A DNA stretch of 64,000 nt from Dehalococcoidia bacterium (lineage in GTDB: Bacteria; Chloroflexota; Dehalococcoidia; UBA2979), in contig JADLFF010000058.1 in NCBI GenBank assembly GCA_020845735.1, positions 40,368 through 104,367 of the forward strand, in the 5' to 3' direction. Position 1 is the stretch's first letter. Each line of letters starts with the position of its first letter. The translations under genes and the position numbers were made by a program. Positions 27,326-37,700 of this stretch are shown here, one piece after another. Under the pieces are notes generated by a model. That model worked only from the letters and a program-made list of their open reading frames with translations, was not told where the DNA came from and ran no database searches.

Positions 27326-28684
27326 ATGAGCGCCCAGCGTCACGCGGGCGCGCCGCGGCTGAGGGCGCTCGTGCGCCCGATTGTGCAGCCGGTGCAGGAG
27401 TTCATCGCGACCGAGGCGTCGGGTGGGCTGCTGCTGATGATCGCGGCCGCCCTCGCGATCGCCTGGGCGAACTCGCCGTGGTCCGAGGCGTATCACCACC
27501 TGCTCGAGCGCCACATCGTGGTCGACGCGGGGTTCTACCGCGTCGACGAGTCGGTGCACTGGTGGGTGAACGACGTCGCGATGGTCGTGTTCTTCTTCCT
27601 GATGGGGCTGGAGATCAAGCGCGAGCTCGTGATCGGCGAGCTGAACTCGGTGCGGCGTGCGCTGGTGCCGCTGGTCGCGGCGGCCGGTGGCATGGTGATC
27701 CCCGCGCTGATCTTCCTCGCGGTGGTGCGTGACCCCGAGGCGGCCCGGGGCTGGGGCGTGCCGATCGCGACGGACATTGCGTTCGCCCTCGGGGTGGCGA
27801 CGCTGCTCGGGCCGCGGGTGCCGATCGGCCTCAAGGTGCTGCTCCTCGGCATCGCGATCTTCGACGACCTCGGGGCGGTGGCGGTGATCGCGATCTTCTA
27901 CGCGGGCGACGTCGCGTTCGAGCCGCTGCTGACGGCGGCCGCGATCCTCGGGCTCACGTATGCCATCCAGCGGGTCGGGGTGCGCGACATCCCGGTCTAC
28001 GTAGCCCTCGGCGTGATGGCGTGGATGGCGGTCGTCGAGTCAGGCGTGCACCCGACGACGGTGGGCGTGGCGATGGGACTCCTCACGCCGTGGCACTCGT
28101 GGAGCGAGCCCCGCGAGTTCGTCGGGGAGGCGCGGGAGATCTTGCGCTCGATCGAGGCGGAGTCGCAGGCCGGGAGCGAGACGACGCGGCGGCATCACCA
28201 CGCGGTGGCCGTGAGTCGCCTCCGGCGCCTGCACGACGCGAGCATGGCGCCCCTCGATCGGCTGGAGCACGCGCTGAACCCGTGGGTGGCGTACGGCATC
28301 CTGCCCCTGTTCGCGTTCGCGAATGCGGGCGTTGACCTGCGAGGGGACGCGCTCGGCCTCGCGGCCACCGCGCCGCTGACGTGGGGCGTCGCGCTGGGCC
28401 TGCTGATCGGGAAGCCGCTGGGGATTGCCCTCGGAGCTGCCGTGGCGGTGCGCCTCGGTGCGGAGTTGCCCTCGGGAGTGCGCTGGCCGGGCATCCTCGG
28501 CATGGGGATGCTGGCGGGGATCGGGTTTACCGTGGCGCTGTTCGTCGCGCAGCTGTCGTACCCGACGGCGGCACTGCTCGCCGAGGCCAAGGTCGGCATC
28601 TTCGCCGGATCGCTGGTCAGCGGCGTGCTGGGTTACGTCATCCTCAGCCGGCTGTCGACGCACAACGGCACCACCGAGGCGTAA
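27326..28684 (+). CDS. nhaA: Na+/H+ antiporter NhaA
   Basis: Full-length NhaA pattern (FFFLMGLEIKRE, IATDIAFALG, DDLGAV). Confidence 0.85.
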   Translation: MSAQRHAGAPRLRALVRPIVQPVQEFIATEASGGLLLMIAAALAIAWANSPWSEAYHHLLERHIVVDAGFYRVDESVHWWVNDVAMVVFFFLMGLEIKRELVIGELNSVRRALVPLVAAAGGMVIPALIFLAVVRDPEAARGWGVPIATDIAFALGVATLLGPRVPIGLKVLLLGIAIFDDLGAVAVIAIFYAGDVAFEPLLTAAAILGLTYAIQRVGVRDIPVYVALGVMAWMAVVESGVHPTTVGVAMGLLTPWHSWSEPREFVGEAREILRSIEAESQAGSETTRRHHHAVAVSRLRRLHDASMAPLDRLEHALNPWVAYGILPLFAFANAGVDLRGDALGLAATAPLTWGVALGLLIGKPLGIALGAAVAVRLGAELPSGVRWPGILGMGMLAGIGFTVALFVAQLSYPTAALLAEAKVGIFAGSLVSGVLGYVILSRLSTHNGTTEA

Positions 28685-28750
28685 GGCGCCCTCGCGCCTT
28701 GATGCCTCGGTGCTGCCGGTTGAGGCCTCGGTGGGTCGTGCGGAACGGGG

Positions 28751-29185
28751 CTAGACGCCGACCGCTACCCTCGCCGGCTCGCGCACGCTGAGGTTCAGCT
28801 TCGAGATGATCTCGACGCTGGAGAGCGTGTTGCAGATCGGGCAGGTGCAGGCGAGGGCCTCGAGCTCATCGCGGTGCGCGAGGATGGCCGGGTCCTCCAC
28901 CTCGAGGTCGAGGGTGACGTCGATCTTCACGACGCGCGACGGGTTCTGGGCCATCGTCGCCTCGAGGTCCGCCTCGGCGCGGGTGACCGCGACGTCCTTC
29001 AGCAGCGGCTGGTTGAGGAGCGCCCCGAGCGTGCAGTTGCCGAGGGCGACGAGCAGCAGCTCGGTGGAGGTGTAGCCGACCATGCCGTCATCGAGAGTCT
29101 CGCGGACGTTGACGATGGCGCGGCCGCCGCGCGTGGTGAAGAGGATGCGCTTGCGGTCCTGGTAGTCGGCGTGCACGTGAGCCAT
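28751..29185 (-). CDS. OsmC/Ohr family peroxiredoxin-like protein
   Basis: Paired cysteines LGNCTLG and ACTCPICNT. ATG at 29185 is preceded by GAGGAGG. Confidence 0.75.
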   Translation of the reverse strand: MAHVHADYQDRKRILFTTRGGRAIVNVRETLDDGMVGYTSTELLLVALGNCTLGALLNQPLLKDVAVTRAEADLEATMAQNPSRVVKIDVTLDLEVEDPAILAHRDELEALACTCPICNTLSSVEIISKLNLSVREPARVAVGV

Positions 29186-29325
29186 TGGGGCCTCCTCGGT
29201 GGTGTGGGTTCGCGGGGCAAGCATACGCGTTTTCGGAACGCCCCGAGGAGTGAGCGGGCGCGTATCCTCGGGGGCGCGCGTTGAGGCATTGAGTTGACGC
29301 GTTGAGTTGAGCCGCGGGAGGCGCC

Positions 29326-29937
29326 ATGGAGTCGTACTACATCGAGCCCGTGGAGCCGGTGCTCCGGCGGTTCGTGGAGGACGTTCGCAACATCGTGGCG
29401 CGCGAGGCGCCGGGACGTGGGCGCCTCGATGCGTTGCGTGCCCCCGTCGAGCAGCTGCTCGTGGATCCGAGCTGGATCCAGCCGCACTTCCTCGAGCCCG
29501 TGCCCGGCACTACGGCCACCTGGGCCGTGTACCGCAGCCAGGACCCCGACCTGTGCATCTTCACGATGGTGGTGCCGCCGCTCAACGCGACCAAGGTGCA
29601 CAACCACCTTGCCGATGGCTGGGTGGGGCTGGTGCAGGGCGGCCAGATCGAGCGGCAGTTCCGCCGCTTCGATGACGGATCGCGGCCGGGATTCGCGGAC
29701 GTGCGCAAGATCTCGGAGCTCCCGATTCGCCTCGGGGAGATCACGTCGATCGAGACGCCTGACGCCGACATCCACCAGATCGTGACCACGTCGCGGGAGG
29801 CCTCGGTGTCACTGCATGTGCTGTGCAACGACCTCGGCACGGTGGAGCGGCAGACGTTCGAGCCGGAGGAGCAGCGGGCGACGACCTTCGTCTCGGGCTA
29901 CACGAACGTCGACGGGGCATCGGCGATCGGGCGGTAG
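29326..29937 (+). CDS. cupin-fold protein, cysteine dioxygenase type I-like
   Basis: Cupin His motif KVHNHLADGWVGLVQGGQIE and a length typical of bacterial CDO/3-mercaptopropionate dioxygenase homologues. Confidence 0.45.
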   Translation: MESYYIEPVEPVLRRFVEDVRNIVAREAPGRGRLDALRAPVEQLLVDPSWIQPHFLEPVPGTTATWAVYRSQDPDLCIFTMVVPPLNATKVHNHLADGWVGLVQGGQIERQFRRFDDGSRPGFADVRKISELPIRLGEITSIETPDADIHQIVTTSREASVSLHVLCNDLGTVERQTFEPEEQRATTFVSGYTNVDGASAIGR

Positions 29938-30000
29938 GGACGGGGAGGCCCGTCGCAGCCCTCACCCTGGCGACATCGAACTGACGATCCTGAACACAAC

Positions 30001-30024
30001 GAAGCCCCGTATTCACGGGGCTTC
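30001..30024 (+). terminator. stable hairpin GAAGCCCCG-TATTCA-CGGGGCTTC downstream of the cupin gene
   Basis: 9-bp perfect stem with a 6-nt AT-rich loop, 64 nt after the cupin stop. No U-tract follows. Confidence 0.35.
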
Positions 30025-30457
30025 ATCGCCTCGACGGACGACATCGAGGGGGCGACAGGGGCCGACACGGGCGCTTCCGAGCTAGGCTCGGGTGACCGGG
30101 GCGAACCTCTGACCGGGAGGTCATCAGTGTGCCGACCCCTTGGCGACTGAGACTACGCACCGAACGACACGGACGGAGCACCCGAAAGTCGCCCCAGACG
30201 TGGCCGAACGTCCTGAAACGGAGGTGACCCGGACCAGGGGCTGCGTCGACGGCGGACGTGCCGGGCGCCGTCGACACGGGTCATGGACCTCGACCTCGAG
30301 CGGCCGGGCGAGCCCGGCCCCGGGCTCATCGTCGGGCGCGCACTCGAGGGCTCACCGCGATCCGACCGGGTGACGACTCGACATCGAGGTGCTGAGCGAC
30401 GCTCCTATACTCGACGACCGACCGGGACGCGACGCGGGACGACGCGGAGGTGCGCGC

Positions 30458-31558
30458 ATGGCGACGACAGTGATGGTCACGCTGGGCACGAGGAAAGGCG
30501 TCTTCCTCTACTCGAGCGATGCGAGCCGCGACCGCTGGCAGCTGACGGGGCCGTTCCTCGCCGGGCAGGACGTGAACCACGCGACCATCGACGTGCGCAC
30601 GGGCGTCCTCTATGCGACGGGCAACGACCCCTGGTTCGGACCGCGCGTGGCGATCTCGAGGGACATGGGTGCGACGTGGCACGACGCGCAGCGCAGCCCG
30701 CACTTCGCCGAGGGCTCGCCGCTGGGCTCAGTGGCGCGGTTGTGGCGCATCGAGCCCGGGCGAGCCTCGGAGGCCGGCCGGCTGTGGTGTGGCGTCGACC
30801 CGGGGGCGCTATTCCGCTCGGATGACGGCGGCGAGACCTGGGACGAGGTGGAGGGCCTCAGTCAGCACCCCACGCGCGAGGAGTGGTTCCCGGGCAACGG
30901 CGGGCTGATCACGCACTCGATTGTGCTGGACCCGACGCGGACCGAGCGCATGTGGGTGGGGATGTCGGCGCCGAGCGTGTTCAGGTCGGACGACGGTGGC
31001 GCCTCGTGGCGCGCGGCGAACGACGGCATCCGCAACGGCTACGTGCGCTACGACCCCAGCGTCGAGGAGTTCCCTGAGCTCGGGCAGTGCGTGCACCACG
31101 TGGTCTACTCCGCGCGGCAGGACCGGCTGTACGCGCAGGTGCACTGGGGCACCGTGCGCAGCGACGACGGCGGCGACCACTGGGTCGACATCACGGCCGG
31201 GCTGCCCTCGGACTTTGGGATGGTGATCGCGGCGCACCCGCGGAACGCCGACGTGGCGTACGTGGCACCCCTCGTGGGCGGCGAGTTCCGCGTGCCGCCC
31301 GAGGGCAAGCTGCGGGTGTACCGGACCTCGGACGCCGGGGCGAGCTGGGAGCCCCTCACGCGCGGGCTGCCGCAGGAGGGGGCGTTCATGGGCACGTACC
31401 GCGAGGGGATGGCGATCGACCGCCTCGACCCGGCGGGCGTCTACCTCGGGACGAACACCGGGCAGCTGTACGTGAGCGCCGACGAGGGTGAGAGCTGGCG
31501 CGAGCTGACCTCGAACCTGCCGCCGATCTCCTCGGTGAGCGTGACCGTCCTCGAGTAG
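30458..31558 (+). CDS. BNR/Asp-box repeat protein (sortilin/Ycf48-like beta-propeller)
   Basis: Six Asp-box repeats (SRDMGATW, SDDGGETW, SDDGGASW, SDDGGDHW, SDAGASW, ADEGESW). ATG at 30458 follows GGAGG. Confidence 0.7.
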   Translation: MATTVMVTLGTRKGVFLYSSDASRDRWQLTGPFLAGQDVNHATIDVRTGVLYATGNDPWFGPRVAISRDMGATWHDAQRSPHFAEGSPLGSVARLWRIEPGRASEAGRLWCGVDPGALFRSDDGGETWDEVEGLSQHPTREEWFPGNGGLITHSIVLDPTRTERMWVGMSAPSVFRSDDGGASWRAANDGIRNGYVRYDPSVEEFPELGQCVHHVVYSARQDRLYAQVHWGTVRSDDGGDHWVDITAGLPSDFGMVIAAHPRNADVAYVAPLVGGEFRVPPEGKLRVYRTSDAGASWEPLTRGLPQEGAFMGTYREGMAIDRLDPAGVYLGTNTGQLYVSADEGESWRELTSNLPPISSVSVTVLE

Positions 31559-31567
31559 CGCGGGCCG

Positions 31568-33253
31568 CTACTCCGGTTCGAGCCGGCGACGCGACGACAG
31601 CGCGGCGGGAGCCGGCCCGAGGGGTGGCGGCACCGAGGCGATCGCGTCGCGGGTGGCGCCGAACACGTGGTCGCGGCCGACGAGGTCGAGGAGGCCGAAG
31701 CGGTCCATCACCTCGAGGACGTTGGGGGGTGCGGCGGAGATCAGCGTGCGGCGGTTGCGCCGCTGGCGGTGCTCGATCACGCCCTCGAGGGTGAGCAGGC
31801 CGGTGGAGTCGATGTCGTGCACGTCCTTCATGCGCAGGACCAGCGTTTCGTACTCGGAGCCCCAGAGCTCGTACTCGAAGGCCGCGGCGCTGTGGAAGGA
31901 GAGCAGGCCCTGCACGGTGAACACCTTGACGTCGGGACGGCTCTGGATGAGGTCGCTGAGCTCCGGGGACACCTCCTGGATGCGCCCGGTGGCATCGGGC
32001 AGTAGCTCCTGTGCCGCGGGCAGCGCGATGAGCTTGCGCAGGAGCAGCCCCACCGAGACCGCCACGCCGAACCCGATCGCGTAGGTCAGGTCGAAGAAGA
32101 CCGTGATCAGGATCGTCGAGACGAGCACGACGAGATCGCCGCGTGGCGCGCGGCGCAGCAGCCGGGTGACCTCGGGCACCTCGGCGATGTTCCAGGCGAC
32201 GACGATCAGCACGGCGGCGAGCGCGGCCAGGGGGATCATGCCGGCCCACGGTGCGAGGAGCAGCGTGGCGCCGAGGACGGTGAGCGAGTGCGTCATCGCG
32301 GAGACGCGCGAGGTGGCGCCGCTGCGGATCCCCGTGGCCGTGCGTGCGATCGCGGCCGTGGCGGGCATGCCGCCCATCATCGGAGAGACGATGTTCGCGA
32401 GGCCCTGCCCCAGCAGCTCGCGATCCGGGTCGTGGCGGACCTCGGCGTTGGCGAGCCCGTCGGCCACCATGGCGCTGAGGAGCGACTCGACGGCGCCGAG
32501 CACGGCGACGGAGGCGCTCGCGGGGAGCAGCGTGGCGGCCGTGGCGAGATCGAAGAAGCCGAGGGTGGGCAGCGGCAGCGCGCCGGAGAGCTCGCCGTAG
32601 CGATCCGCGAGCGTGGGGGTGTCGATCCCCAGGAGCGGGACGGCCGCGCCCGCGCCGAGGAGCAGCGCAAGGGGGCCGGGGACGCGTCGGAGGCCGCGCA
32701 GCCGGGGCCACATGACCAGCAGCGCGATCGAGGCCAGGCCGAGGAGTGGCGTCGTCATCGAGACGGTCGACAGGTGCTCGATGGTGTCGAGGGCCCGCTC
32801 GTGGAAGTGCTCGAGGCCGGGGTTCGTGCCGCTGACCGCGAGGAAGGCGTTGAGCTGACCGAAGGCGAGCACGATCGCGATCCCGGCGGTGAAGCCCGTC
32901 ACCACCAGGCCGGGCATGAAGCGCATCACCCGGCCGAACTTGAGCATGCTCATGGCGACCAGCAGCAGCCCGGACATGACTGCGACCATCGGGAGTGCCT
33001 GGGCGCCGTGGACGATGACGACGTGCGACAGGATCGGCACGAGCGCGGCGGTCGGCCCCGTGACGTTGAACTCGGAGCCACCGAAGGCAGCCGCGACGAA
33101 GCCCGCAAAGGCCGCCGTGTACAGGCCGACGATCGGGCTGACGCCGACCGCGACCGCGAGGGCGAGGGAGAGCGGCAACGCAACGATGCCGACCACGAGC
33201 CCGGAGGCGACGTTCTTCGAGAGGTCGATACGGGAGACAGAGCGGGCAGCCAT
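31568..33253 (-). CDS. SulP family anion transporter with C-terminal STAS domain
   Basis: SulP transmembrane core plus a STAS domain (VLRMKDVHDIDSTGLLTLEGV). Confidence 0.85.
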   Translation of the reverse strand: MAARSVSRIDLSKNVASGLVVGIVALPLSLALAVAVGVSPIVGLYTAAFAGFVAAAFGGSEFNVTGPTAALVPILSHVVIVHGAQALPMVAVMSGLLLVAMSMLKFGRVMRFMPGLVVTGFTAGIAIVLAFGQLNAFLAVSGTNPGLEHFHERALDTIEHLSTVSMTTPLLGLASIALLVMWPRLRGLRRVPGPLALLLGAGAAVPLLGIDTPTLADRYGELSGALPLPTLGFFDLATAATLLPASASVAVLGAVESLLSAMVADGLANAEVRHDPDRELLGQGLANIVSPMMGGMPATAAIARTATGIRSGATSRVSAMTHSLTVLGATLLLAPWAGMIPLAALAAVLIVVAWNIAEVPEVTRLLRRAPRGDLVVLVSTILITVFFDLTYAIGFGVAVSVGLLLRKLIALPAAQELLPDATGRIQEVSPELSDLIQSRPDVKVFTVQGLLSFHSAAAFEYELWGSEYETLVLRMKDVHDIDSTGLLTLEGVIEHRQRRNRRTLISAAPPNVLEVMDRFGLLDLVGRDHVFGATRDAIASVPPPLGPAPAALSSRRRLEPE

Positions 33254-33420
33254 CGTACTCGATTCAGTAGGCCCAACTCCCTGCTATTCGTACTCCGCCT
33301 CCGTGTACGTTCAAGGCACAAATGTGTTGAGCAGCAAGACGGCGCATCTGTTCCACGGTGTGGTGTCCCACGGTGTGGCCGCGTGTGACCTCGAAGCCGT
33401 GGGGGTTACGTGAACCCGAG

Positions 33421-33909
33421 CTAGACGCGGAAGATCGAGCCCACCACGAGGCCGATGATCGTCGCGATCCCGCCGATCACGAGGAGTTCCGTCGCGCTGC
33501 GCATCGCGGAGCGGCTCACGAGCTTGCCCTTTACGTAGCCCACGACAAAGAGCGCGACGAACGCGCCTCCGATGCTGACATAGCGCGCGAGCGGCTGACT
33601 GAGGACGATCGTCGGCACGACGGGGACCATCCCGGCGAGGAAGTACGACGCGAACATGATCAGCGCGCCGACGACGAGGTTGTCGCTGTGGGCATTCGAT
33701 TCGAGCTGGTGAGCGGCCTTCTCGGAGGTGTACTGGCCGGCCGCCATCGATGAGGCCTCGACCATGACGGCGACGAGCGCCGCCATGACGATGACCGTCT
33801 TGTCCTCGATGCCCGCGCTGATGCCGGCGACCACGCCGGTCGTCGAGACGATGCCGTCCTGCAGACCGAACAGACCGCTGCGGAGGTACGCCTCGTTGAT
33901 CTTGAGCAT
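33421..33909 (-). CDS. VIT1/CCC1 family membrane protein (short form)
   Basis: LFGLQDGIVSTTGVVAGI signature with TM helices. No N-terminal ferritin-like domain. Confidence 0.6.
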   Translation of the reverse strand: MLKINEAYLRSGLFGLQDGIVSTTGVVAGISAGIEDKTVIVMAALVAVMVEASSMAAGQYTSEKAAHQLESNAHSDNLVVGALIMFASYFLAGMVPVVPTIVLSQPLARYVSIGGAFVALFVVGYVKGKLVSRSAMRSATELLVIGGIATIIGLVVGSIFRV

Positions 33910-33981
33910 CGCCGCGATTCTAAGCGCGCGGTCCTCGAGCAGCCCGGGAGGAACGGCCCTCGGGCGGGGTGACCGCGAACG

Positions 33982-35316
33982 TCACACCTGGCGGGTCTCG
34001 AGGTCGGCGGGGACGAGCCGTGGGGGCGCGGCCTCGACGGGCTGGGGACGCCTCGGCGGGCGTGCGAAGAAGACCAGCAGCGCGCCGAGGGCGAACGCGC
34101 TGAGGGAGACCGTCCACACGGCGCTCGGTGCGAACGCGTCGAGGAGGTAGCCGTAGAGCGGCGCGCCGATGCCGGACGCGGCGATCGAGACGGGCAGCGT
34201 GACGCCTCGGAGGGCGCCCACCGACTGCACGCCGAAGTAGTTGGGCCAGACGAGGTTGTTCAGGGTGATGAAGCCGCCGGCGGCCGCGCCCCAGAGGAAG
34301 TTGTGGGCGAGGATCGTGTACGCCTCGCCGTTGCTGACGATCATCGGCACGATCGAGAGGGCGAGCCCGCCGAAGCCGACCACGCCCAGGTAGCGCACGG
34401 GCACGCGGTCGCCCAGCGACCCGAAGACCATGAGCGAGAACACCACCGTGAGGGGGTCGAGCGCCGTCCCCAGGCCGACCAGCGCGGGCGACATCCCGAG
34501 GTCCGTCCAGTAGTGGACGCGGTGCACGAGCGTGCCGGTGAGCGCCACCCCGGTGCAGCCGAGGGCCGCGAGCAGCAGCCACATCGCGGGCGTGCGGAGT
34601 GCCTCGCGGACGGACCACTGCTCGTGGGTGGCAATCGCCGAGGGGCGACTCAGGGCCGCCGTGAGGTCAAGGGGCTGGTCCGCGCCGTCCGGGTGGAGGC
34701 CCATGTCCTCGGGGGCGCGCCGGACGAAGAGGATGCTCACCCCGGCGATGCCCACGGCCACCACGAGCCCGAAGAGGGCGTAGGTCGTGCGCCAGTCGAA
34801 CGCCTCGATGAGGGCCTGCGTGGCCGGGATCGCGACCGTGGTGCCCGCGGCCATGCCCGTGGTGGCGACGGCGAGCGCGCGGCCTCGCCTGAGCACGAAC
34901 CACCTCGCGAGGGGCACCTGCGTCAGGAGCTGGCCCGCGGGGCCACCGAAGCCCGCAAAGCCGGTGAGGGCGAAGAGCGCGTAGACGAGCCAGAGGCTGT
35001 GGACGAAGGAGAGCGCCATCATCGTGATCCCGGCGAGGAGGCCGCAGGCGGCGCCGAGCCACCTCGTGCCGTGGCGGTCGATGAGGACGCCGAGCAGCGG
35101 CCCGGCGAGGCCCGCGGTGACGAGTCGGAGGGTGAGCGACCAGGAGAGCGCGCTGGTGCTGACGCCCAGGTCCTCGCTCATGGGGCCGATGAAGAACGAG
35201 AAGATGACCGGGTTGAGCGTGGAGCTCAGGAGGTTGATCGCGAGGGCGCTCGCGACCATGACCCAGCCATAGAAGAAGCGCCCGCCGATGAGACGAATCA
35301 GCACGGGATCGCGCAA
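33982..35316 (-). CDS. MFS transporter
   Basis: 12 TM segments with an MFS loop motif VLIDRHGTRW. Confidence 0.75.
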   Translation of the reverse strand: MRDPVLIRLIGGRFFYGWVMVASALAINLLSSTLNPVIFSFFIGPMSEDLGVSTSALSWSLTLRLVTAGLAGPLLGVLIDRHGTRWLGAACGLLAGITMMALSFVHSLWLVYALFALTGFAGFGGPAGQLLTQVPLARWFVLRRGRALAVATTGMAAGTTVAIPATQALIEAFDWRTTYALFGLVVAVGIAGVSILFVRRAPEDMGLHPDGADQPLDLTAALSRPSAIATHEQWSVREALRTPAMWLLLAALGCTGVALTGTLVHRVHYWTDLGMSPALVGLGTALDPLTVVFSLMVFGSLGDRVPVRYLGVVGFGGLALSIVPMIVSNGEAYTILAHNFLWGAAAGGFITLNNLVWPNYFGVQSVGALRGVTLPVSIAASGIGAPLYGYLLDAFAPSAVWTVSLSAFALGALLVFFARPPRRPQPVEAAPPRLVPADLETRQV

Positions 35317-35446
35317 CCGTTCACGGGACCTCGAGTCCAGTGCACGCCTCGAGAGGGCGGAGCCGTCCGGTCGGGGCTGACGAGGGTCGCATCATACCGC
35401 GAGGCGCGGTTGACCTCGAATGGCCGCGGGGAGCGTCGAGGGCGGC

Positions 35447-36040
35447 TTACCAGAGGTCGCCGTCGCGCAGCTCGAGGTAGATGTCGGCGTCCTCGAAGGC
35501 AGCGCGGTGCGACTGCGCGTGCGGGGTGAAGAAGCCCATCAGGGTGCGCTTGTCCATGGAGTCGGCGCGGAAGGGGCGCCCTCGGGAGCCGCCGACGACC
35601 ACCGTCGAGGGCATCAGCTCCCAGCCCCGGGCGACGTAGAAGGGCGCGAGCGGCGTGTCGCAGGTGAACACCCCGAGGTCGATGCCCGCCGCCGCGATCC
35701 GCTCGCGCGCCGCCGTGACGAGTCGGCCGGCGTAGCCGCGACGCTGGTGCGCGCGATGCGTGGCGACCGCGCTCAGTCCTGCGGCCGTGTACGGGACGCC
35801 GGCGTGCTCGATGGTCTTCGTGGGGATAGCGAGGTAGGCCACGACCTCGCCCTTGACGCGGAGCAGCATGCACTCGGGCGTGTTCCGCGGGTCGTGCAGC
35901 GGACGGGACAGGCGCTCCTCGAGCGACCGGCCGGACGGCCATGCCGCCTCGAGGATCTGGAGCGCCGCGCGCTTCAGGTCGGGGGGCAGTGCTGCCTGCG
36001 GGTAGCTGAGGATCTCGTGCAGCTCTTGCAACTCGTCCAC
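35447..36040 (-). CDS. GNAT family N-acetyltransferase
   Basis: Acetyl-CoA binding motif RAHQRRGYAGRLV. Confidence 0.6.
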   Translation of the reverse strand: MDELQELHEILSYPQAALPPDLKRAALQILEAAWPSGRSLEERLSRPLHDPRNTPECMLLRVKGEVVAYLAIPTKTIEHAGVPYTAAGLSAVATHRAHQRRGYAGRLVTAARERIAAAGIDLGVFTCDTPLAPFYVARGWELMPSTVVVGGSRGRPFRADSMDKRTLMGFFTPHAQSHRAAFEDADIYLELRDGDLW

Positions 36041-36117
36041 GTGCCGCCTCCGGCGCGCAGGCTAGCAGGACCAGCGGCGCGCGCGACCGCACGACCGGTC
36101 GCACTCCACCGTGGGCG

Positions 36118-36660
36118 TCAGGGGGCGGGCACGACCAGCATCGTGACCCGCAGTTCGCGCGGAGTGGCGCCCTCGAGTCGGTAGGTGATCTCCCAGCAGC
36201 CGGGCGTGGGGAAGGTGATGCCGACCACCTGCAACCCCTCGGGGCCGTAGCCCGCAGGGATGTGGAACGTGGCCGGCGGTGCGGCGCCATCGAGGCGACG
36301 CGCCGAGGCGGACACCTGGCCTGCCACGAGCCGGACGACAAAGGCGCGGTCCTCGAGAGGGGCGGCGCCTCGAGGCAGGGTCACCCAGAGGGCGTCGTTG
36401 CCCGCCATGGAGAGGTTGGCGCGCACGACCTCGGGGTGACTGGAGCCGCTGAGGATGGGGCGTGCGGCGTCGGCGGGAACCTCCTCGGGCGGAACGGCGC
36501 GGGTGACGGGACACGCCTCGGACGTGGGGACCTGCACCAGCGGCGGCGTGGCCATGGAGGCAACCGCGGTCGGTGTGCTCCTCGCGACCGGCGGAGCCAC
36601 CTCGGAGCAGGCGGATGCGAGCAGGAGGAACGCGCACATCGAGGAGGTGAGCAGCTTCAC
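36118..36660 (-). CDS. predicted lipoprotein, unknown function
   Basis: GTG start at 36660, signal peptide with lipobox LLLASAC. Confidence 0.45.
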   Translation of the reverse strand: MKLLTSSMCAFLLLASACSEVAPPVARSTPTAVASMATPPLVQVPTSEACPVTRAVPPEEVPADAARPILSGSSHPEVVRANLSMAGNDALWVTLPRGAAPLEDRAFVVRLVAGQVSASARRLDGAAPPATFHIPAGYGPEGLQVVGITFPTPGCWEITYRLEGATPRELRVTMLVVPAP

Positions 36661-36726
36661 CCTCGCAGCGTAGTGCCTGACGGACCCGTGCCCCTGCACG
36701 TCGGCGCCCGTGCCGCGCCCCCCACC

Positions 36727-37296
36727 TCAGACGAACGCGCTGGCAATCGTGAGGAGGCCGAAGATGACGAAGAGCGCCGCGGCGACCTGGCCGATGCGTC
36801 GCTGCGGCAGCTGCCGCCGCAGCGCGAGGCCCACCGCGACGGCCAGCGCATCGGCGAGCACCATGCCGGCGGTCGAACCGAGCCACACGCCGACCCAGTC
36901 GGGGTTGCTGCCGGCGAGGGAGACCGTGGCCAGCTGGGTCTTGTCGCCAAGCTCCGAGATGAAGAAGGCCACCGCGACGATGCCCAGGGCGCCGAGGTAG
37001 CGGGTGGGGCGCTCGCGCGTGTCATCCTCGTCGATGGTGTCGCCTCGGAGGCTCCACCAGGCGAAGCCGACGAAGGACGCGCCGACGAGCACGCGGAGGA
37101 CGCGGTCATCGAGGACACCGTCGAGTGCTCGGCCTGCGCCGACCGACCCCAGGTGCACGAGGAGCGTCGCGAGGGTGACGCCGGCGAGGACGACCCACCA
37201 GCGATAGCGCGTGGCGAAGGAGAGCGCGACGAGCTGGGACTTGTCACCGAGCTCGGCCACGAAGATGAGCAGTGTGGACAGTGCAAACGCGGACAC
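36727..37296 (-). CDS. UPF0016 (GDT1/TMEM165) family putative cation:H+ antiporter
   Basis: Duplicated E-x-G-D-K-[ST] motifs (ELGDKSQL and ELGDKTQL) in a 6-TM protein. Confidence 0.75.
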   Translation of the reverse strand: MSAFALSTLLIFVAELGDKSQLVALSFATRYRWWVVLAGVTLATLLVHLGSVGAGRALDGVLDDRVLRVLVGASFVGFAWWSLRGDTIDEDDTRERPTRYLGALGIVAVAFFISELGDKTQLATVSLAGSNPDWVGVWLGSTAGMVLADALAVAVGLALRRQLPQRRIGQVAAALFVIFGLLTIASAFV

Positions 37297-37579
37297 GAGG
37301 CACCCCTCTGTCTATCAGTGGAGTGCTGCGTGGGGTCTCGGGGCTTCCGGGGGAGCGGAGCGCACCTCGACCCGTCACGCAGCACGGCGTGATTGGGCCG
37401 AGAGTCTCGTCCGCCCCGGGGAGGGGCCGCGCTGCCGCCCTCGATGGAGGGAGCATGTCGACAGGCGCGAGGTGGACTACTCCCCCTCAGTGCCTCGAGT
37501 GAAGGGCACGCAGGGGTGCGTGTGCCAGTGCCGAACGACCTGACGCACGGGCACGACTCGTGCACTTGCGTACTGGTGA

Positions 37580-37599
37580 TGTAGAACTTGTGTGCTACA
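37580..37599. promoter_or_regulatory. candidate SOS (LexA) box TGTAGAAC-TTGT-GTGCTACA upstream of imuB
   Basis: Imperfect Cheo-type palindrome GAAC-N4-GTGC (7/8 arms), about 100 nt upstream of the imuB start, in the divergent intergenic region. Confidence 0.3.
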
Positions 37600-37700
37600 C
37601 TCCCTCGGCTTGCGGGGGTAGTGATATGTCTCCACATCCGCCGATGTCGGCGCGGACTCGTGGGTTGCGCCCTCCTGCACCCACTTCCGAGGGCCAGGTC

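Noticed and set aside
36262-37392. 376-aa plus-strand ORF
   Set aside because: Antisense to the lipoprotein and UPF0016 genes, with a low-complexity RGD-rich translation.
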